The notes under the pieces are model-generated. The model made no database searches and was not told the origin of the DNA. It was given only the letters and a program-made list of their open reading frames with translations. A DNA stretch of 64,000 bases. Source: an uncultured Acidimicrobiaceae bacterium (GTDB lineage Bacteria; Actinomycetota; Acidimicrobiia; Acidimicrobiales; RAAP-2). A program made the position numbers and the translations under genes. Each line of letters opens with the position of its first letter. Positions within the stretch are counted from its first letter, which is position 1. The stretch is taken from contig CAWJOZ010000001.1 in NCBI GenBank assembly GCA_963844615.1, positions 204,577 to 268,576 of the forward strand, read 5' to 3'. Positions 57,666 through 64,000 of the stretch are shown here, one piece after another.

Positions 57666-58683
57666 CCAGCGTGCCGATGGGCGTGTAGGGAAAGACCGTC
57701 TTGGCCGAGGCGAAGGGCATCTCCACGCACCCCAGGCTTTGGGGCCAGCCGTACGAGGCCCGAATAAAGCCGTGCAGCGCATCGCCGCCGTTGAAGTACG
57801 ACACCCAGGGAATGTCGGGGTCGTGATACGGGGTGCCGTCGGGGTTGATGCCGCTCATGGTCGTGCTGATGAAGCGCGCGTAGACAGCGAACGTGCCCTG
57901 CTCGGTGGGCGCCACGTCGATGCCGGTATTCACGTCGGTGGTAAAGATCACCTTGCCGCTCTGGTAGAGCGTGAGCGTCTCGGGCAGTTGCTCGCTCACG
58001 TCGACGTAGTCGTAGGTGGCGGGGTCCGTGTGGTTGTCTTGGACCGCGGTGAGTAAGTCGCTCCACGTGGTCGCGTCGGGCACCCCGGTGACCGTGAGGT
58101 TCGACTGACTCTGGAACGTCTCCAGGGCGGCCCTCAAGATGATGTTGTCGGTGCCCACGCTCCACTGAGAGGTCAACACGGTGGGCAGGTTGTACGTCCA
58201 CGAAAAGGTACCGTTCACCTGTTCGGTGGGCGAGGTCTGCGGGGTGCCGGGCGTGAAGGTGAGAGGGAGGTACTTGAGCTCCGAGAGCAACTGCGCCTCC
58301 CACACGAGGTTGGTGGTGGACCCGGCGACCGTGTCGTGGTACGAGAGCACGGTGCAGGTCTTGGCGCAGCTCAGCGTCGCGGGCGTGCGAAAGACGTAGT
58401 TGGTGAGCGGTTTGAGCGCACTGATAGCGACGGCTTGGACGTCATCGGGGCCGATCTGTTGCCACTTGGTCTGCAGGGCCGGGGTGGTGATGAGCGGGGG
58501 TAGCAGTTTCGCCTTGGTGGGAACAGAGAAGTGCAGTCGAAGAAGCGGCAAGTTGGGTGACAGCGAGGACGAGGTGGTCGTTGAGACGCGATAGATGGTG
58601 GCACTCGATGCGGCCAAGGTGGGGGTGAGGCACATCGCCGCGACCATCGACAGCGCGCCCACGAGGGCCAGTCGGCGAATCAC
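57649..58683 (-). CDS. L,D-transpeptidase family protein with peptidoglycan-binding domain
   Basis: Signal peptide; PG-binding-like 'AALETFQ...LTVTG.PD..TW'; YkuD catalytic 'ALHG..SLGCV'. Confidence 0.85.
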   Translation of the reverse strand: MIRRLALVGALSMVAAMCLTPTLAASSATIYRVSTTTSSSLSPNLPLLRLHFSVPTKAKLLPPLITTPALQTKWQQIGPDDVQAVAISALKPLTNYVFRTPATLSCAKTCTVLSYHDTVAGSTTNLVWEAQLLSELKYLPLTFTPGTPQTSPTEQVNGTFSWTYNLPTVLTSQWSVGTDNIILRAALETFQSQSNLTVTGVPDATTWSDLLTAVQDNHTDPATYDYVDVSEQLPETLTLYQSGKVIFTTDVNTGIDVAPTEQGTFAVYARFISTTMSGINPDGTPYHDPDIPWVSYFNGGDALHGFIRASYGWPQSLGCVEMPFASAKTVFPYTPIGTLVTVHD

Positions 58684-58747
58684 CTAACCAGGATACTGAG
58701 CGCATTTTGATAACCGGCTTACAATTCAATGACGAAAGAGGGAGAAA

Positions 58748-58921
58748 ATGGCAATCGTCAAGACCATGGTCGCGGTCATCGTCGTGCTGGTAGTGCTCTG
58801 GTTGATCCTGGCGCTGGTCGGCGTTGTGGCGGCGATCCTGAAGTCGGTCTTCGTCGTGCTCATCGTGCTGGCCGCCATCTACGGCTTGTACCACTACTTC
58901 AAGCACAAGTCCAAGGACTAA
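58748..58921 (+). CDS. small hydrophobic membrane protein (57 aa; absent from the ORF track)
   Basis: RBS GAGGGAG then ATG 58748. MAIVKTMVAVIVVLVVLWLILALVGVVAAILKSVFVVLIVLAAIYGLYHYFKHKSKD*. GC-rich third codon positions. Confidence 0.75.
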   Translation: MAIVKTMVAVIVVLVVLWLILALVGVVAAILKSVFVVLIVLAAIYGLYHYFKHKSKD

Positions 58922-58950
58922 CACCCTCGCCCAGTAGGCTGGCTACTTCT

Positions 58951-59024
58951 GGCGGCGTGGCCGAGCGGTTAGGCAGGGGCCTGCAAAGCCCCGTACTCCG
59001 GTTCGAATCCGGACGCCGCCTCCA
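58951..59024 (+). tRNA. tRNA-Cys (GCA)
   Basis: Acceptor stem GGCGGCG/CGCCGCC, anticodon arm GGGGC-CT-GCA-AA-GCCCC, T-loop GTTCGAATC, discriminator U, encoded CCA. Confidence 0.97.
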
Positions 59025-59157
59025 GATAGCCTTCACCCCGTTTGTCGGACCACTGTCATGAACGGGCCGGGAATGGGAGACTGTTGAGTCTCGAAACCGT
59101 TCGGGGTGCATTCGGTTCCCCTGGTGCTGACATGGGATGCTGTCCTCGTAGGAGTTC

Positions 59158-59364
59158 GTGATCGGTCTCTTTGGACACTCCGAAGAGGAAGCTGCCGTGG
59201 AAGTGGCGCTGCGCAGTCTCGAGGAAGTGGCGTTAAGTACACCCGAAGATGGTGTGTGGACCTACTACGCCTGCGGCTATCAAAAGTCAGACTTTGCGAA
59301 GCACAACCGTGCTCGCTGCAGGAATGTCTGGCAGTTGATACGTGAGGATGGGAGAGGCGAGTGA
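59158..59364 (+). CDS. hypothetical protein (68 aa)
   Basis: RBS AGGAG before the GTG; the TGA overlaps the next GTG. No recognisable motif. Confidence 0.35.
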   Translation: MIGLFGHSEEEAAVEVALRSLEEVALSTPEDGVWTYYACGYQKSDFAKHNRARCRNVWQLIREDGRGE

Positions 59365-60641
59365 TTCAGACAATGTCGAATTCAGTGCCAACGCAGTCGT
59401 GGTTTAGTCGGGTGGCTCAGGCGCCGGGCCGGGGCGTTCTGCTGTGTGGACCGATGCTCGCCGAGCTGATCATCGCCGTGATGTTGGTCCTTGCTGTTTC
59501 TCTGGTGCCCGTCTTTTTGGGCATCGTGCTCCTGCCAGGCTGCCTAGTTGCCATCCGCGGAGAGGCTGAACGAGCGCGACGCGTCATCAAGAAGGCTACG
59601 GGCGCTCAGATCAGTGTCTCGGGTTGGACCAAGCCTGCGGGGACTAATGAGGCGCGCTGGCGTAGCGAACTTCCCTCGCTACTCGGTGACCCCTCTACCT
59701 GGCGTGACGTCGTGTGGCTCATCGTGAACCCGCTCTTCGGCTGGGTGTTGGCCCTCGCTCCGGCCGCGCTAGTCCTCTGGGGTCTGTTCGGTATGGTCAT
59801 GCCCGCCGTCTGGAAGCCCATTGTCAATGCTCACGCCAACAACTGGTACGGACCCATCCACGTAACGACGACGCACCACGCGTGGGCGTGCGTGCCACTC
59901 GGCGCGGCGTTCTTCGTGATGGGCTTTGCGATCGGACCATCGTTCCTGCGCGCGTATGGAACGCTCGCCCAACGCCTCTTGTCGCAGAGTCGTCGCGCCG
60001 AGCTCGCGAGTCGGATATCTACGTTGGCTGAAAGTCGAGACGACGTAGTGGGCCGCCAGGCGGAAGAGATCCGACGCATCGAGCGAGATCTGCACGATGG
60101 AGCCCAAGCGCGACTGGTGGCGATGGGCATGACTCTGGGAGCTGCGGAGCAGCTCCTTGATCACGACCCGGCGGCAGCGAGAGTGCTCGTGGCCGGAGCG
60201 CGTGAGTCATCGGCGAAGGCGCTCGGAGAACTGCGCGACTTGGTGCGGGGGATCCATCCGCCCGTGCTCGCCGATCGTGGGCTCGCCGATGCGGCGCGCG
60301 CGCTCGCGCTTGACAGCCCTTTGAATATCTCGATCTCCGCAGATCTTGAGGGCCGCCTGCCCGCTCCCGTTGAGTCGGCTGCCTACTTCATTGTGTGCGA
60401 ACTGTTGGCGAACGCCGCAAAGCATTCGGACGCCGCGCAGGTCACCGTTGAACTTCAACAACGAGTGGGAGCACTACGAATGGTGGTGACCGACGACGGG
60501 ACCGGTGGTGCCGATGCCGACAAAGGTACCGGGCTACGGGGAATCGAACGCCGGGTGGCGGCCTTTGACGGGACGTTCTCGATCGACAGCCCGGTGGGTG
60601 GGCCTACCGTTTCAATTGCGGAGATTCCGTGCGCGTCGTAA
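59361..60641 (+). CDS. NarL-partner (HisKA_3) sensor histidine kinase
   Basis: Several N-terminal TMs, 'RRIERDLHDGAQARL', 'GIHPPVL..GL', 'NAAKH', 'DDGTGG', 'GLRGI'. Alternative start ATG 59373. Confidence 0.9.
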   Translation: MIQTMSNSVPTQSWFSRVAQAPGRGVLLCGPMLAELIIAVMLVLAVSLVPVFLGIVLLPGCLVAIRGEAERARRVIKKATGAQISVSGWTKPAGTNEARWRSELPSLLGDPSTWRDVVWLIVNPLFGWVLALAPAALVLWGLFGMVMPAVWKPIVNAHANNWYGPIHVTTTHHAWACVPLGAAFFVMGFAIGPSFLRAYGTLAQRLLSQSRRAELASRISTLAESRDDVVGRQAEEIRRIERDLHDGAQARLVAMGMTLGAAEQLLDHDPAAARVLVAGARESSAKALGELRDLVRGIHPPVLADRGLADAARALALDSPLNISISADLEGRLPAPVESAAYFIVCELLANAAKHSDAAQVTVELQQRVGALRMVVTDDGTGGADADKGTGLRGIERRVAAFDGTFSIDSPVGGPTVSIAEIPCAS

Positions 60642-61270
60642 TCGTCGAGGACTCGCTCCTCATTCGTGAGGGTCTTACTCGACTCCTCGAAGCGTCCGGC
60701 GCGAGCGTCATTGCCGGTGTCGGGGATGTGCCGGCGTTTCTCGCCGCCGTGTCTGACGACAAGCCCGACGTCGCAATTGTGGACGTTCGGTTACCTCCCT
60801 CCTTCACCGATGAAGGACTACGCGCGGCCCTTCAGGTTCGAAAAGATCATGCGGGACTCCCGGTCCTGGTGCTGTCGCAATACGTCGAGCAGCTGTACGC
60901 GCGCGAACTGCTCGCGGACGGTCAAGGCGGTGTTGGCTACCTCCTCAAGGATCGAGTCCTCGAAGGAGCCTCATTTATCGACGCCGTTACTCGCGTGGCG
61001 GATGGCGGCACGGCAATGGATCCCGAAGTCGTGTCACGCTTGATTGGCCGTCACTCGCGAAGTGATCCGTTGGCCCGTATTAGTCCGCGCGAGCGTGAGG
61101 TACTTGCTTTGATGGCGGAGGGTCGTTCAAACGCGGCGATTGCCCAACGTCTGTTCATTAGCGAACGGGCGGTGGCCAAGCACACTTCAGCCATCTTTAT
61201 GAAACTAGATCTTCCACTTTCCGACGATGACAATCGCAGAGTGCTCGCAGTCCTGGCCTACCTTGACTAG
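60629..61270 (+). CDS. NarL/LuxR family response regulator
   Basis: 'VVIVEDS', 'DVRLPP', 'VLSQY', 'GYLLKDRV', HTH 'PREREVLALMAEGRSNAAIA'. Confidence 0.93.
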   Translation: MRVVIVEDSLLIREGLTRLLEASGASVIAGVGDVPAFLAAVSDDKPDVAIVDVRLPPSFTDEGLRAALQVRKDHAGLPVLVLSQYVEQLYARELLADGQGGVGYLLKDRVLEGASFIDAVTRVADGGTAMDPEVVSRLIGRHSRSDPLARISPREREVLALMAEGRSNAAIAQRLFISERAVAKHTSAIFMKLDLPLSDDDNRRVLAVLAYLD

Positions 61271-61669
61271 TAACAATCATCGTTGGATTTTGGCGTGACC
61301 CGCTGACGCCCACTCAGCCACGGGGTGAGCGTGACTTCGGCGGCAAAGTATTCGCCCACGGTGGTTGGCTCTACAAGGTGGAGGAGACGAGGGGATCTTG
61401 ATCTCCGGGTGCGTCAGTGTCAAACTCCGAGCTAATGACGACGCGCATCTCGGTCTCAAGCGACGCGCCCGCAGCCAGCGTGGCGGCGCTCTCATTCTGG
61501 ATGGCCGCAGCCAGATCTCCCGGGAGACTGGTACACGGTTCGGTGAGCAAAACGTAGCGGCTTCGCTCTTATTGCTAGATGTGGGTCAACCAGTTCGCGA
61601 TGCCAATTCGCGGGCTTAGGCTTCTCGCGTGGAGGGTATTAAAACAGGCGTGAGGATGGCGCAGAGCCA

Positions 61670-62495
61670 ATGACGCCAAATCGCTCTGGGGTCAGCACAA
61701 CGATCACTCTTTGTATTTTTTGCAATGAGGCGACCAAAGGCGGATGAGGACGTGCTACCCGTATGGCTTTCTCGGGAGTTCAACTCAACAGGCCAAGTAG
61801 TCACGGAATTCATAACGGAGATGCCGGGACAACCAAGAACGACCCGCTTTCAGCCATTCGCCAATCTCGCAACTCTAAAGCTGGAGCGTGTCTGCCACGT
61901 TTGCAATAACGGTTGGATGTCTGAGCTTGAGAGCAGGACGAAGCCTCTCTTAATTCCGATGATTCGAGGTAACGCTTGTCAGCTGAGTGTCCAGAATCAA
62001 CGTCAGATCAGTGCATGGACTCAGTTGAAGTGTCTGACGCTTGACGCGTTCTACCCTCAGACGCACAGCGGCATTCGGCACTTGCCCGCGAGAACGGCTC
62101 ACGCGTTTTATCAGACCTACCAACCCCTCTTAAGTTCTACGGTGACGATTGGCCGTTTCGCGCCGTCGGCGGCGAACGAGAAGATTCGCTGGGGGCGATA
62201 CATGAGTAGTTTGCCGGCGACTGATATTTACGCCTCGTTGGACGTCGTGGTGTGCACGCTCGCCTTCGGACAACTACTCATGCAGGTCTCAATCGCAGCC
62301 TCAGGCTTTGAGCAACCGAGAGAAGCCCTTCATCATTTGGTTCGGCGCTACCCGATGTTTGATTGCTGGCCAACCGACAGAGTGCAATCGTGGCCGCCGT
62401 CCCACGCCGTGGTAAGTGACCAGTTTGATGACTTAGCAGAGGCTCCCGTTTACGTGAATAAGGCGACGGAGTTTCCGGGACCGCATGAACCCTAG
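61670..62495 (+). pseudogene. HNH-like zinc-finger protein; N-terminal CxxC separated by a +1 frameshift near 61729
   Basis: ATG 61670 frame reads '..LCIFCNE'. The 61725 frame continues 'RPKADEDVLPVWL..VCHVCNNGWMSELE..KPLL' (span 826 = 3n+1). Confidence 0.6.
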
Positions 62496-62543
62496 TCAGC
62501 TCTACTGCGAGACTCGCGGGCCTAGTGCAATGCTTTTGGTCGG

Positions 62544-62912
62544 ATGAGTACAGGGACTCGGACAATTGTCATCGTTCTGGCCGCGCTGGCCGCGCTTTGT
62601 GAACTCTTTGGAACACTCACGGTCTTTGCTACGTACCGGCGCTCGGCAAAGTTGGGGGACTCGATTCACTCGATGCTCGCGAGAGAAGAGTACGCAAGTC
62701 AGTTTGGCTCCGAAACCAAAAGACATCTCGCAGACATGTTGCAGCGTTGGGCCGACCCCGGCGACGTTCGAAAGGTGAAGGACTTCAGCACAAACGCGAT
62801 ACGTGAGTTGTCAATGTCGCTGGAGCCGAAATGGTGGATCTCCCTAGGCCTGTGGGCCTACGTCGCTGGTGCAGCTCTTGGGCTGGCGGCTGCGATTGTC
62901 GCGGTGGCGTGA
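62544..62912 (+). CDS. hypothetical 2-TM membrane protein
   Basis: Hydrophobic segments at about residues 8-29 and 97-122 flanking a charged loop. Confidence 0.55.
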   Translation: MSTGTRTIVIVLAALAALCELFGTLTVFATYRRSAKLGDSIHSMLAREEYASQFGSETKRHLADMLQRWADPGDVRKVKDFSTNAIRELSMSLEPKWWISLGLWAYVAGAALGLAAAIVAVA

Positions 62913-62983
62913 AACTCAAAGAGGTGGACGACAGCGCTCCACTCCACTTAGGCCCGATGACCCAGTTTGTGAAAGTTCGATTC

Positions 62984-63949
62984 TCAAAGCAGTTCACTAC
63001 TCTCGGCGACTCTTTCGCAGATCTGTTCCCACGACGGCAACGGGTCACTTCCAAAATAAAGCTCCGGCATTGTTCCTTCGTAGGCAACTTGAAGACGCTG
63101 GGACGCGTCAGAATCGAGGTTAAAGACTCGACACGTAGCAAATCCGCCGGAAGGTCGAACGTTTTCCTCCTCGACAGCACCAAAGTAAGTTCGATTGATG
63201 GAGGTCACGCTTTCGAGTACTTCACTTACGAGTTCTCGGTCGGCGAGAAACTCAAGAACTCGAGCGTCATCGAGTAATTCGTAGATGTCATAGAAATGGC
63301 GACCAACGCGTCGATTCATCACGTTCACGAGGTCCTCCTCCTTTTTGCTCAGTTCATGGACGAGGACGAGTTTTTCCAAGAGCGTACGTCCGGGATGAAG
63401 CGCCAGGATCTCGAAGGGTCGTAAATCACTAAATTCCTGGATGGCAGTCCCTGCAGATTCTAAGAGATCTCCCAAAAGACAACCAATGGCAACTGATTCG
63501 CGAGGCTGCGGACCTCCTCGAATTCCCATCTCCAGAAGAACAGTCGTATTGATGAGTGTTGTTGGCGTGCTGCTTGTTGGATAGGCGACCTCGTAAGAGC
63601 GGTGCCGACCGGTCTCGGATGATCCGACCGGCATTAAAGAACCCCCCACGCCCTCCGCTGCCGCCCGCCCCATTTCTTTCATGAGTCGATCAGTCTCTCC
63701 TCGGGAAGCGCCGTCATTGAGAATCAGTATGTCGACGTCTTCGGAGAAACGCTCGACAATTCGAAACCCCTTCGAAAGACTCGTGCCACCTTTGAAAACG
63801 AAACTTCCGCAATGTTTGACCGCTAGGACTCGGAGTACTTCACTTACCCAGTAATCCTTCTCAATGGCGGTGGCACTTATGTTGAGGCGCTCTGCGGCTG
63901 CTTCGACGGTCGGCTTGAACTCTGAAGTGTTGCGAAAGACCGGGTCCAT
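62984..63949 (-). CDS. AbiEii/AbiGii family nucleotidyltransferase (type IV TA toxin)
   Basis: 'IEKDYWV', 'FVFKGGTSLSK', 'RFSEDVD', 'TLLEKL', 'RHFYDI'. Confidence 0.88.
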   Translation of the reverse strand: MDPVFRNTSEFKPTVEAAAERLNISATAIEKDYWVSEVLRVLAVKHCGSFVFKGGTSLSKGFRIVERFSEDVDILILNDGASRGETDRLMKEMGRAAAEGVGGSLMPVGSSETGRHRSYEVAYPTSSTPTTLINTTVLLEMGIRGGPQPRESVAIGCLLGDLLESAGTAIQEFSDLRPFEILALHPGRTLLEKLVLVHELSKKEEDLVNVMNRRVGRHFYDIYELLDDARVLEFLADRELVSEVLESVTSINRTYFGAVEEENVRPSGGFATCRVFNLDSDASQRLQVAYEGTMPELYFGSDPLPSWEQICERVAESSELL

Positions 63950-63999
63950 TATGCGGCGAGACGAATGCGAGGTGCGTAGCGTCTCGCCGGGCGAATGGC
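63949..63999 (-). CDS. 3' end of the upstream coupled gene (probable cognate antitoxin; partial)
   Basis: Reads '..AIRPARRYAPRIRLAA*'. Its TAA overlaps the toxin ATG (TAATG). Confidence 0.45.
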   Translation of the reverse strand, partial: AIRPARRYAPRIRLAA

Positions 64000-64000
64000 C

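Noticed and set aside
61277-61560. Short minus-strand reading frames between the regulator and the HNH-like gene
   Set aside because: No RBS, recognisable motif or consistent frame; at most a gene remnant.

Overview
High-GC actinobacterial chromosome segment, probably Acidimicrobiia (inferred from gene order and protein style). Most of the window is core housekeeping DNA: nadD-rsfS, an OmpR-family two-component system with a GerMN lipoprotein, xerC-rpsB-tsf-pyrH-frr-cdsA-dxr-rseP-ispG-proS, rimP-nusA-ylxR-infB-rbfA-truB-ribF-rpsO-pnp, dapB-dapA-rnj, ftsK, thrB, miaB-miaA-dapF-hflX-dapC-dapD-dapE and lexA. Accessory content: (i) about 7.6 kb between lexA and its usual divergent neighbour (LysM gene then nrdR), holding a liv-type ABC transporter and a coupled minimal MoxR/CbbQ-like AAA+ ATPase with an HExxH-metallopeptidase/vWA partner; (ii) a clear LexA-box promoter in front of LysM-nrdR-PIG-L-dinB; (iii) after tRNA-Cys(GCA), an island-like region with a NarL-type two-component pair and then lower-GC DNA encoding an HNH-like zinc-finger protein, a 2-TM protein and an AbiEii-type toxin with the tail of its upstream partner. 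Seven genes carry single-base frameshifts (nadD, dac, lexA, livK, LysM, dinB, HNH-like). These are most likely sequencing indels but need a read-level check. No CRISPR array, rRNA, transposase or mobile-element integrase was seen. All calls come from motif recognition by eye; no database searches were run.
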